DNA from: Candidatus Phycocordibacter aenigmaticus
GTDB taxonomy: Bacteria > Patescibacteriota > Minisyncoccia > Phycocordibacterales > UBA2163
Length of the DNA: 64,000 nucleotides
Reading direction: 5' to 3'
Assembly (NCBI GenBank): GCA_002327585.1
Contig: DCWL01000006.1
Location: 28,302-92,301, forward strand
Shown: in pieces, positions 39,666 through 48,566 of the stretch
Layout: the number at the start of each line of letters is the position of its first letter
Position numbering within the stretch: the stretch's first letter is position 1
The notes under the pieces: generated by a model
The model's database searches: none
The model's input: the letters and a program-made list of their open reading frames with translations, nothing else
What the model was told of the DNA's origin: nothing
Translations under genes and position numbers: made by a program

Positions 39666-40878
39666 CTTTTACCTTCAAAAATCTTTTCTTTCCTATTTTT
39701 ATCGTCGTATTTTTTTCTATTTTAAAATTAATGTCATTTATTATACTTCCTCCAATTTCTGTCACGGCACCTGCTTCCACCAATCTCCTTAAATCTGTTT
39801 TTGATTCAACAAGTTTTGAAACCGCATCGTAAAGTGGTATACCTTTTTCGACTTCTATTTCTTCAGCGTCTTCAGATACTCCTCCGTCGCTGAAAGTTTT
39901 TATAAAATTATTTTTTGCTTTCTCTGCAGAATCTTTTCCGTGATATATAGAAACAATCTCTCCCGCTAGTTTCATTTTAATATCTTTTGGTTTTATATTA
40001 CTTTCTAAGTCTGATTTTACTTTTTCAATTTCGTCAATAGAAATATCTGTAGCAAGTTCAAATCCAGGAGTTATCGTCTCGTCAGTCCAGCTCATAACTT
40101 TCCCAAACATTTCATTCTCACTATCGGTAAATTTAATCATATTACCTTCAGTTTTACCCATTTTTGCTCCTACTGTATCTTCAATAAGTTTTGTTGTCAT
40201 TACAAATTTCTCTTTTCTAAGCATTTGTTTCATAAGTGTTCTTCCGATAAGCATATTGAATGTCTGGTCATTCCCCCCTATCTCTCCATCAACCTCCATC
40301 GCAACAGAGTCATACCCCTGCATCAGGGGATACAGAAATTCGTGGATATAAATTGGCTTATCTGCTTTTCTTCTCTCCTCAAACATATCACGCTTGAGCA
40401 TCTGTTCCACTGTCATGTTTGAGGCAAGATCAAGCACTTTTTCAAAACACATTTTAGAGAGCCACTCAGAATTATATTTTATCTCAGCATAATTTTCCCC
40501 ACTGAAATTTAAGAATACGGATGCCTGTTCCTTATAAAGTTTGGCATTATCCAAAACTTCTTCTCTTGTAAGTTTTTTTCTAACTGAAGTTTTGTCCGTA
40601 GGGTCCCCTATTACTCCTGTAAAATCACCAATCAAAAGAATCGCTTTATGCCCAAGTCCTTGAAACTCTCCAAGCTTTTTAAGTACGGTTGCATGGCCAA
40701 GATGAAGTGAGGGTCCAGTGGGGTCAATACCAAGATACATAGTTAGTTTCTCCCCTTTCTTTAATTTCTCCTCCAAAAATTGCTTGTTTGGATATATATT
40801 CTCGACACCTCTTGAGAGAAAATTTTCTATTTTCTCAATATTAGAAACTTCTATACCCCTTTTTGAATTCCAAAACAT
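39658..40878 (-). CDS. tyrS: tyrosine--tRNA ligase
   Basis: YLGIDPTGPSLHLGH, YPLMQGYD, GGNDQTFN, KMGKT. Confidence 0.96.
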   Translation of the reverse strand: MFWNSKRGIEVSNIEKIENFLSRGVENIYPNKQFLEEKLKKGEKLTMYLGIDPTGPSLHLGHATVLKKLGEFQGLGHKAILLIGDFTGVIGDPTDKTSVRKKLTREEVLDNAKLYKEQASVFLNFSGENYAEIKYNSEWLSKMCFEKVLDLASNMTVEQMLKRDMFEERRKADKPIYIHEFLYPLMQGYDSVAMEVDGEIGGNDQTFNMLIGRTLMKQMLRKEKFVMTTKLIEDTVGAKMGKTEGNMIKFTDSENEMFGKVMSWTDETITPGFELATDISIDEIEKVKSDLESNIKPKDIKMKLAGEIVSIYHGKDSAEKAKNNFIKTFSDGGVSEDAEEIEVEKGIPLYDAVSKLVESKTDLRRLVEAGAVTEIGGSIINDINFKIEKNTTIKIGKKRFLKVKVK

Positions 40879-40918
40879 AATGTTAATAATAACACAGCTA
40901 TTATGTTAATATAAGAAA

Positions 40919-43429
40919 ATGTCTAGAAAAAGAAACCGTAAAGTCCGCGGCAAATTCGGTGCATTTGTAAAACTCATTGTCATAGCAGGACTTTTTGGTG
41001 TGGGTGCTATGATACTCTGGGCGTCATCTCTTTCAATTCCTGAGCTTGATTCGTTTGAGAAGAGAATAGTCCGCCAGTCAACAAAAATCTATGACAGAAC
41101 GGGGGAAGTGCTTCTTTACGATGTGCATGAAAATGTTCAGAGGACTGTTATCCCGCTCTCTGATGTATCGCGGCACATTAAAAATGCAACTGTCGCAATA
41201 GAGGATGCAGAATTTTATGATCATAAAGGAATAAAGCTACAAGCAATTTTACGCGCAATACTTGTTAATTTAGGAGCTCTTGAATTCAGCCAAGGAGGCT
41301 CAACGATTACTCAACAGGTTGTAAAAAACTCCATCCTTACATCAGAGAAAAAAATCTCACGAAAGCTCAAAGAGTGGATTCTCTCTCTCAGACTTGAGCA
41401 AGAGCTTTCTAAGGAAGAAATTTTAGAGCTTTATCTTAATGAATCGCCTTACGGCGGAAACATATACGGAATAGAGGAGGCAAGTGAAATGTTTTTCAAC
41501 AAGAGTGCATCATATCTTACACTTTCAGAGTCAGCGTATCTGGCTGCACTTCCGCAAGCTCCCACTTTCTACTCCCCATATGGGAACAACAAAAACAGAC
41601 TTGAAGAGAGAAAAAGTCTTGTACTTGACCGAATGTTCCAAAACGGTTTTATAACGCAGGAGGAGTACCTTTTGGCTTCACAAGAAACTACGAAGTTCAA
41701 GCCTCAGCGCGACATCGGCATAAATGCGCCACATTTTGTATTTTTTATAAGAGAGTATTTAGAGAATAAATATGGCAAACGCGCTGTTGAAGAGAAAGGA
41801 TTTAAAGTTATTACAACTCTTGATTTTGATCTGCAGAAAAAGGCTGAGGAGACAATATTTAAATTTGCCCACGAGAATGAAGAAAAATTCAACGCTGAGA
41901 ATGCTGGACTTGTTGCAATAGACCCAAAGACAGGCCAGATTCTTGTAATGGTCGGCTCAAGGGATTATTTTGACGAAGAAATAGACGGAAACTTTAATGT
42001 CGTGATTGACCCGAACCGCCAGCCAGGCTCGGCGTTCAAGCCGTTCGTTTATGCAACAGCATTTAACAAGGGATATACGCCCGAGACAGTTGTTTTTGAT
42101 TTAAAGACGCAATTTCAGACCACTTGTGAACCCGATGATTTGACGAGCGAAGAAGACTGCTATTCTCCCGTAAACTACGATGAAGTATTCAGAGGGCCTG
42201 TAACGCTCAGAAATGCTCTCTCACAGTCCATAAATGTGCCTTCTGTTAAGGTGCTCTACCTTGCGGGGCTTCGCGACTCACTTCGCACGGCAAAAGATAT
42301 GGGAATTAAAGGACTCTCTGATATAAATCGCTACGGCCTTACGCTTGTACTTGGAGGTGGGGAAGTTTCTCTTCTTAATATGGTCAGTGCTTACGGAGTA
42401 TTTGGAAATAAAGGAGTCAGGAATAAGCCAGTTGGAATACTTAAAATTGAGGACGGAAGTGGAAATGTTATTGAAGAATTTTCCCAGAAAAATGAGCGTG
42501 TGCTTCCCGAAAACACTGCTCTTTTGATATCAGATATTTTAAATGATGAGAATGCAAGAGCCCCCGCATTCGGACGACACTCGTATCTTTACTTTGATGG
42601 AAGAGATGTTGCGGTAAAGACAGGTACAACAAACGATTACCGTGACGCATGGATTATAGGGTACACTCCAAATATCTCTGTCGGCACATGGGCGGGAAAC
42701 AACGATAATTCTCCTATGGAGAAAAAAATTGCCGGTTTTATAGTTGCTCCAATGTGGAATGCATTTATGCGCGAGGTACTTTTGGCAACAGATGATGAAA
42801 AATTTAAAAAACCTGATGAAATTGATGAATTAAAATTAAAACCTGTGCTCAAAAGTGTTTGGCAAGGAGGAATAGAGTATTCTATTGACGGCATTTCCGG
42901 AAAGCTTGCAAGTGAGTTTACTCCGGAAGAGACAAAGGAGGAAAAAGTACTCACCAACATACACTCAATTCTCTACTGGGTTGACAAAGAAAATCCAAAT
43001 GGAAAAATCCCTGATAAACCGGAGAACAACCCGCAGTTTAGGTTCTGGGAATACTCAGTTGACAAATGGAAGACGGAGCAGGGTTTTGTGACAGAAAATA
43101 TTGACGAGATACCGAGAGAAATTGACGATGTCCATAAACCTGAGTTTGTGCCTAAGATTATAATAAAGAGTCCCACACCGAATACACAGTATGGTAAAAA
43201 CAGCAAAATTACAGTTAATATAGACATAAGTGGCAAATTCCCCATCACTAAAGTTGATGTGTTTGTAAATGACATATTCATAGGATCATCAAAAAGATCT
43301 CCATTCTCACTTTCATTTACTCCAAATAATTTGGACGTATTGGAAGTAGAGAACAGATTGAAAATTATCGGCTATGATGTTGTGAGGAATCGTGGCGAGG
43401 CGGAAACGGTATTCAATGTAAGTATTTAA
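40919..43429 (+). CDS. class A penicillin-binding protein (PBP1A family)
   Basis: EDAEFY, QGGSTITQQ, RKLKE; SAFK, SIN, KTGT; C-terminal Ig-like domain. Confidence 0.95.
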   Translation: MSRKRNRKVRGKFGAFVKLIVIAGLFGVGAMILWASSLSIPELDSFEKRIVRQSTKIYDRTGEVLLYDVHENVQRTVIPLSDVSRHIKNATVAIEDAEFYDHKGIKLQAILRAILVNLGALEFSQGGSTITQQVVKNSILTSEKKISRKLKEWILSLRLEQELSKEEILELYLNESPYGGNIYGIEEASEMFFNKSASYLTLSESAYLAALPQAPTFYSPYGNNKNRLEERKSLVLDRMFQNGFITQEEYLLASQETTKFKPQRDIGINAPHFVFFIREYLENKYGKRAVEEKGFKVITTLDFDLQKKAEETIFKFAHENEEKFNAENAGLVAIDPKTGQILVMVGSRDYFDEEIDGNFNVVIDPNRQPGSAFKPFVYATAFNKGYTPETVVFDLKTQFQTTCEPDDLTSEEDCYSPVNYDEVFRGPVTLRNALSQSINVPSVKVLYLAGLRDSLRTAKDMGIKGLSDINRYGLTLVLGGGEVSLLNMVSAYGVFGNKGVRNKPVGILKIEDGSGNVIEEFSQKNERVLPENTALLISDILNDENARAPAFGRHSYLYFDGRDVAVKTGTTNDYRDAWIIGYTPNISVGTWAGNNDNSPMEKKIAGFIVAPMWNAFMREVLLATDDEKFKKPDEIDELKLKPVLKSVWQGGIEYSIDGISGKLASEFTPEETKEEKVLTNIHSILYWVDKENPNGKIPDKPENNPQFRFWEYSVDKWKTEQGFVTENIDEIPREIDDVHKPEFVPKIIIKSPTPNTQYGKNSKITVNIDISGKFPITKVDVFVNDIFIGSSKRSPFSLSFTPNNLDVLEVENRLKIIGYDVVRNRGEAETVFNVSI

Positions 43430-43686
43430 CGGATATCTTTTATTATTTTCTTGGATGAGAGTTTTTGTGTGAGATTTTTTATAATCTCGTTTTTTTTAAG
43501 GAAAATTTCGCTTTTTATAATAGAATCTGCTGATATAAAAATAATGCCATTTCTCACATCTATATTGTCTTTTTCAATATCAATGCCAACAATCTTTTTT
43601 ACCGTGTCAATGCACACTTCCTTGACGAGCTTGTCGGGGGGAGTGATTTTTTTAAATTTTTCCAAAAAATTCCCAATATTGAACAT
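43426..43686 (-). CDS. small conserved protein, possibly DciA/DUF721-like
   Basis: 86 aa, KSEIFLKKNEII...IKDIR pattern; near dnaN. Confidence 0.55.
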   Translation of the reverse strand: MFNIGNFLEKFKKITPPDKLVKEVCIDTVKKIVGIDIEKDNIDVRNGIIFISADSIIKSEIFLKKNEIIKNLTQKLSSKKIIKDIR

Positions 43687-43766
43687 ATCTAAAGGATACT
43701 ATGATTTTAAAAATAAATCCTGTTAGGAATCGCGAGGTCGTGCAGCGCCTCTATTTCTAATGGAAT

Positions 43767-43800
43767 AAAAAACTCCCGAAGCGTAAGCACTTCGGGATTT
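43767..43800 (-). terminator. intrinsic terminator of the Zn-finger mini-operon
   Basis: TCCCGAAG/CTTCGGGA hairpin then T-run on minus strand. Confidence 0.7.
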
Positions 43801-43804
43801 ATTA

Positions 43805-43942
43805 TTATTCTGGATATACATCTCGTTCTTTTACAAATTCTTTACAGGTACAACACCAATTGTTGTCCCGTATTCTCTCTCCACAGCTTATACAGCGTTT
43901 AACAACTTTGGCAAGTTTAATTACCTTCTTTTTTTCATCCAT
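43805..43942 (-). CDS. 45-aa zinc-finger-like protein (not in ORF track)
   Basis: MDEKKKVIKLAKVVKRCISCGERIRDNNWCCTCKEFVKERDVYPE; G-rich SD. Confidence 0.6.
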   Translation of the reverse strand: MDEKKKVIKLAKVVKRCISCGERIRDNNWCCTCKEFVKERDVYPE

Positions 43943-43997
43943 AGCCTGTCCCCCCACAAACACCTTTCTTTTTAATACAAAAATTAAGTAATGTTTT

Positions 43998-44162
43998 TTA
44001 CAGCTCTATGTGTGCTGTTTTTTCTTTACATTTTATACACCATAAATGCTTAATATGACCTTTTCCTCTGTTTCTATTTTTAAGCCTTTGGATACTTTGC
44101 ACTTCTCCACATTTTGTACACTCAAGGTCTTTTTTTATAAGATTATGTATACCTCTTGACAT
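43998..44162 (-). CDS. 54-aa L33-like zinc-ribbon protein (not in ORF track)
   Basis: MSRGIHNLIKKDLECTKCGEVQSIQRLKNRNRGKGHIKHLWCIKCKEKTAHIEL; GAGGAG SD; TTGACA-16-TATACT promoter. Confidence 0.8.
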   Translation of the reverse strand: MSRGIHNLIKKDLECTKCGEVQSIQRLKNRNRGKGHIKHLWCIKCKEKTAHIEL

Positions 44163-44353
44163 TTATTCTTTCTCCTCTTCAAAATAAGATTAAATGAGGT
44201 AAAATTAATTATGGTTTTTACCGTACTTCTGTTGGAAAGTATATCATGCCTATACCATTTGTCAAACACACCTAAAAACCATCTTGCTCACAGTGGAAAA
44301 CATGAAACAATTATTCAGTTGCCAATAATTGGATTCTTCCTTATAATTAAACT

Positions 44354-44500
44354 AATGGGTAGTAAACTGCACGAGTTGAGGAAACCTCTTTTTTGAAATG
44401 TGTAACCTCCTTTCCCGAGAGGCGCCATCTAAGAATGGCTACGTCAACCCAACTCGTGCCAACTTATTTTTACCGCCAAAGAATTTTTTTGGCGGTTTTT
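44354..44500. ncRNA. candidate structured sRNA with anti-SD tract
   Basis: GCACGAGTTG/CAACTCGTGC closing stem, internal hairpins, plus-strand TTGCCA-17-TATAAT promoter, shared terminator with dnaN. Confidence 0.45.
44468..44500. terminator. terminator hairpin downstream of dnaN
   Basis: ACCGCCAAA...TTTGGCGGT followed by T-run on plus strand. Confidence 0.7.
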
Positions 44501-45602
44501 ATTTATTCATAGGCATCACTAGATAAAAAAAGGATGCATCTCCCACTCCACTCACAATCATAGGTTTGCTCAAGCCCGCAAACTTAAGAGAAATACTGTC
44601 TGAATATATAGACTGAAAGCAGTCGGAGATATATTTGTGGTTAAAATTGATATTAAGAGACTCGCCTGAGATAGCTGAATCAACTTTGTTGGTTATCTCC
44701 CCCACATTCTCATTTTTTGAGCTTATAGTAAACGATTTTCTTTTAGGATCAATAGAAAGACTAACTTGATTAAACTGATCAGAGAAAACATTTGTGTTTT
44801 TAAGAGTATTTACAATGTCTTGTTTTAGAACAACCACTTCTGTGGTCTGTTTCTTTGGAATTATCTGCTTGTAGTCAGGAAAAGTTCCATTTATAAGTCG
44901 GGATGTTAAATAAATTTTGTCTGAGACGAAAGATATTTGATTGTTGTTTATATTTACATCAATACTACCACCAACATACTCCAAAACTCTTATAATCTCT
45001 GAAATGTTTGGGAGTGGTATTAAAATAGGTTCAAAATCCTTCACTTTATCATCAATAGAAATTGTTTTCTCAGCTAGTCTGAATGAGTCGGTTGAAACAA
45101 AGACAAATTTTCCGTCGTCGTTGTAGATATAAACACTTGATAATTCCTGTTTTATTGCAGATATTGAAGCGCTGTACCACACCGATTTTAAGCCGTTTAT
45201 TAACTCTCCCACTTTTATGTTTATTAATTTCCCCCCTTTAGCAACTGTTGGAAGTGTTGGAAAATCGTCATGTGGAACCGCTTTTATAATAGCTTTATTT
45301 GATTTTGTGGAAATGTTTAAATTACCGGATATAACTTCAAGTGTTATTTTGTCTTGATAGATGGTGGATATAAGGCTGTAGAGCACCGAGCCAGAAACTG
45401 CCACAACACCCTCTGAGACAACCTTTGAAGGGATTTCAATCTCAATACCTAAATCCAAGTTTGTAGAGCGGATATAGAACTTTCTGTTTTTTGCAAACAG
45501 GAGTAAATTATTCAAAACAGGAAGGGTTAAATTTCGACCGCTGATCTTCTCGGCGATTGATATACTGTCGGTTAAATTATCTTTTGTACATTCTATTTTC
45601 AT
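44499..45602 (-). CDS. dnaN: DNA polymerase III beta clamp
   Basis: STNLDLGI, STDSFRLAE, SRLINGTFPDY, YLVMPM. Confidence 0.96.
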   Translation of the reverse strand: MKIECTKDNLTDSISIAEKISGRNLTLPVLNNLLLFAKNRKFYIRSTNLDLGIEIEIPSKVVSEGVVAVSGSVLYSLISTIYQDKITLEVISGNLNISTKSNKAIIKAVPHDDFPTLPTVAKGGKLINIKVGELINGLKSVWYSASISAIKQELSSVYIYNDDGKFVFVSTDSFRLAEKTISIDDKVKDFEPILIPLPNISEIIRVLEYVGGSIDVNINNNQISFVSDKIYLTSRLINGTFPDYKQIIPKKQTTEVVVLKQDIVNTLKNTNVFSDQFNQVSLSIDPKRKSFTISSKNENVGEITNKVDSAISGESLNINFNHKYISDCFQSIYSDSISLKFAGLSKPMIVSGVGDASFFYLVMPMNK

Positions 45603-45802
45603 AATAACTTTAATTAGTTTTTATATATAAATTTATTATTACTATTACTATATATGTTTATAACTTAATAACTTTTTTTATATATATTTCTAAACATATT
45701 AATCTAACTTTATTTTCAATAGCTTGTTAATAAGTAATGTAAAATATGATTATAAATACACACACAACAATCTTTTACTTTATAAGTAAAAGTTATACAC
45801 AA
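45603..45802. other. probable oriC segment (dnaA-dnaN intergenic)
   Basis: Very AT-rich; DnaA box TTATACACA 45793-45801; variants at 45655 and 45725. Confidence 0.65.
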
Positions 45803-47185
45803 TTAATTCAACATTGCCCGTATCTGATCAACCTCTTTTGACAAAAGACTGTCAATTTTTAAATCCCTCTTAATTTTATCGCACGAGTGAATCACTGTGG
45901 TATGATCTCTACCTCCTAACTTCTGACCTATAGTCGGATAAGAAACATGAAAGTCTTCTCTAAGGATGTACATAATAAGCTGCCGAGGCTTAACAACTTC
46001 TTTAACTCTTGTTTTTTTATAAATAACACTTTCATCTAAGTTGTAAAAACCAGCAACTTGTTTTATAACATCCTTCACTGAAACAGATTTCCTCGACTTT
46101 ATATTATTTTTTATAAGTGCCTTAACATCATTTAATGACAAAACCTTTCCTTTTAATTGTGACTGACAGATGATTGAGTTTAGTGTTCCCTCAAGTTCCC
46201 GAATATTTCCCTGAACAGTAAGGGCAAGATAATTAACAATTTCATTTTCTATAATAAATTTATTCTGCAAAGATTTTGCCTTAAGGATTGCTATTCTTGA
46301 TTCATGGTCGGGAGAAGGAATGTCTGCTATCATACCAGCAGAAAACCTAGATTTTAAGCGGCCTTCTAGGTTTGGTATCATGTTTGGGTGAGTGTCAGAT
46401 GAGAATACAATTTGTTTATTATTATCGTATAGCGCATTAAAAAGATGGAAAAGCTCTTCACGCGTCTTCTCCATATTTGAGAGAAATTGTATATCGTCAA
46501 TAATAAGAACATCATACTTTCTATATTTCTCTTTAAAGAGTGTGTTTACTTTATTACTTCTTACTGCATTTATATAATCTTGCGCAAACTTCTCCGAAGT
46601 TGTGTAATAAACTTTTGTATCAGGGTTTCTTTTCTTTAATTGATTTCCTACTGATTGAATAAGATGAGTTTTGCCATGCCCTGTTCCTCCATAGATAAAA
46701 AGTGGATTATAGGTAATCCCCGGTTTCTCGACAATAGCTTGCGCCGCGACGTGAGCAAGCTCGTTAAATGGCCCGACTACAAAACTCTCAAATGTATATC
46801 TTGGGTTTAAATTATCTTCCTTGTTTGGGTAATAATCATTTAAAGGAAGTTCTTTATTTATACTCATACTCTGCCTTCGCCCTATTTCGAGCTCTTTTTT
46901 ACCCTCTTTTTTAATTAAATATTCAATACCTCGAATATTACCCACAAAACTTCTTAAAATCTTCAATATAAGCTTATGGTATTTGTTGAAAAGCCAGTCT
47001 TTTACGAATTCATTCTGCACACTCAAACACACAACACCTCCTTCTATTTTTATAATATGTGTATCTTTAAACCAAGTACTAAAATTTGCTTTTGAAATGT
47101 TTAGTTCGATATCAACAAGCGCATTTTCCCACAGTTCTTTAACGTTAACTTCTTCAATTACATTGTCGTTTATAGTCTCGTTCAT
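45803..47185 (-). CDS. dnaA: chromosomal replication initiator DnaA
   Basis: YNPLFIYGGTGHGKTHL, IDDIQF, NIRELEG, GGRDHTTVIH. Confidence 0.98.
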   Translation of the reverse strand: MNETINDNVIEEVNVKELWENALVDIELNISKANFSTWFKDTHIIKIEGGVVCLSVQNEFVKDWLFNKYHKLILKILRSFVGNIRGIEYLIKKEGKKELEIGRRQSMSINKELPLNDYYPNKEDNLNPRYTFESFVVGPFNELAHVAAQAIVEKPGITYNPLFIYGGTGHGKTHLIQSVGNQLKKRNPDTKVYYTTSEKFAQDYINAVRSNKVNTLFKEKYRKYDVLIIDDIQFLSNMEKTREELFHLFNALYDNNKQIVFSSDTHPNMIPNLEGRLKSRFSAGMIADIPSPDHESRIAILKAKSLQNKFIIENEIVNYLALTVQGNIRELEGTLNSIICQSQLKGKVLSLNDVKALIKNNIKSRKSVSVKDVIKQVAGFYNLDESVIYKKTRVKEVVKPRQLIMYILREDFHVSYPTIGQKLGGRDHTTVIHSCDKIKRDLKIDSLLSKEVDQIRAMLN

Positions 47186-47292
47186 TTTGTTGATAGATTA
47201 ATTTAGATACATTATATAGTTATAAGAATAAAATGAAACTTGCGTAAAAAGATATTATATGTTAATAAAATGTTAATAAGATGTTAATAATT

Positions 47293-47427
47293 ATGTCTAA
47301 GACATACCAACCAAAAAGAAGAAAAAGAAAAAAAACACACGGTTTTTTGGTGAGGAAAAGAACCGCCGGCGGGAGAAAAGTCGTAAAAAGAAGGAGGGCT
47401 AGGAGAAGAACCAAACTCGCCGTATAG
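47293..47427 (+). CDS. rpmH: 50S ribosomal protein L34 (not in ORF track)
   Basis: [44 protein letters not shown]; divergent from dnaA. Confidence 0.95.
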   Translation: MSKTYQPKRRKRKKTHGFLVRKRTAGGRKVVKRRRARRRTKLAV

Positions 47428-47429
47428 AT

Positions 47430-47759
47430 ATGCCTAAAATCAAGACCAAACAGCTGTTCAGCGATACTCTAAAGAGGGGTAGGACTTACCACCGCTCCCA
47501 CACATCTCTTAAAGCACTCTTTAGCAAAGACGTTAAAAAGAGCAGTTTTTACTTTGTCGTTTCAGGAAAAATTATTAAAAAAGCTACCAAAAGAAACCTT
47601 TTCAGAAGGAGAGGACGCCACATCACCAGATCGGTCAATGTAAAAAATGGATATATAGGAATCTTTTTTGCTAAAAAAGGAGCCGGAGTACTTGAGTTTA
47701 AGGAGATGAAGGAGGAAGTGCTTGGTTTACTTCAAAAGGCAAAGCTGCTTGCAAAATAA
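47430..47759 (+). CDS. rnpA: ribonuclease P protein component
   Basis: FVVSGKIIKKATKRNLFRRR (RNR-like motif); follows rpmH. Confidence 0.85.
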   Translation: MPKIKTKQLFSDTLKRGRTYHRSHTSLKALFSKDVKKSSFYFVVSGKIIKKATKRNLFRRRGRHITRSVNVKNGYIGIFFAKKGAGVLEFKEMKEEVLGLLQKAKLLAK

Positions 47760-47792
47760 AACAATCTATGTTATTATAACCCAACATATATT

Positions 47793-48374
47793 ATGTTAAT
47801 ACCGACAGTTATAGAAAAATCACAATTTGGCGAGCGGGCCTTTGATATATATTCCCGCCTTCTTAAGGAGAGGATAATTTTCCTTGGTGGACCCATTGAA
47901 GACCATATGGCCAACATTGTCATTGCCCAACTCCTATTTCTTGAATCTGAAGACCCTAAAAAAGACATATCTCTATATATTAACTCCCCCGGCGGATCAG
48001 TGACGGCAACACTTGCAATGCTTGACACTATAAATCACATCAAACCAGACGTAGCAACTGTCTGCGTAGGCGTTGCCGCTTCTGGGGGTGCAATACTGCT
48101 TTCAGCTGGCACAAAAGGAAAAAGGTTTGCACTTCCAAATGCTGAGGTAATGATACATCAGCCGTGGGGCGGCGCGCAGGGCCAGGCAACAGATATTGAG
48201 ATTACCGCAAAGCACATTTTGGGCTTGAGAGACAAGCTCAACAAAATACTTGCAAAAAACACAGGACAATTAATAAAGCAGATTGAGAAAGATGCCGACA
48301 GGGACTTTTTTATGAGTGCGGAGGATGCCAAAAAATATGGCCTTATTGATGAGATATATAAGAGTAAGGCGTAG
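47793..48374 (+). CDS. clpP: ATP-dependent Clp protease proteolytic subunit
   Basis: [35 protein letters not shown]. Confidence 0.97.
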   Translation: MLIPTVIEKSQFGERAFDIYSRLLKERIIFLGGPIEDHMANIVIAQLLFLESEDPKKDISLYINSPGGSVTATLAMLDTINHIKPDVATVCVGVAASGGAILLSAGTKGKRFALPNAEVMIHQPWGGAQGQATDIEITAKHILGLRDKLNKILAKNTGQLIKQIEKDADRDFFMSAEDAKKYGLIDEIYKSKA

Positions 48375-48436
48375 TTTGTTGCACATTTATGTATTCTATG
48401 GTAGTGTATTAATACGCATTATTTAAATTTAATTTT

Positions 48437-48564
48437 GAAATTCCGCTTTCCAACTTTTATGTCAGATTTTGAAAATTTATTGTTAGAAAAATCTAAATAT
48501 ACAAATATCTTAAGCTTCAAAACAGCCCAAGATTTTTAATTGTTGAAAAGCGGAATTTCCGCTT
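48437..48564 (+). promoter_or_regulatory. structured leader or ncRNA upstream of rny
   Basis: 17/18-bp inverted repeat 48437-48454/48542-48559 plus alternative hairpin 48548-48564. Confidence 0.5.
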
Positions 48565-48566
48565 AT

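Noticed and set aside
43824-43836. boxA-like CGTTCTTTTACA
   Set aside because: Lies antisense within the 45-aa zinc-finger ORF with no promoter upstream.
44211-44396. 61-aa plus-strand ORF
   Set aside because: Overlaps two promoter-like sequences and structured elements and has no protein-like features.
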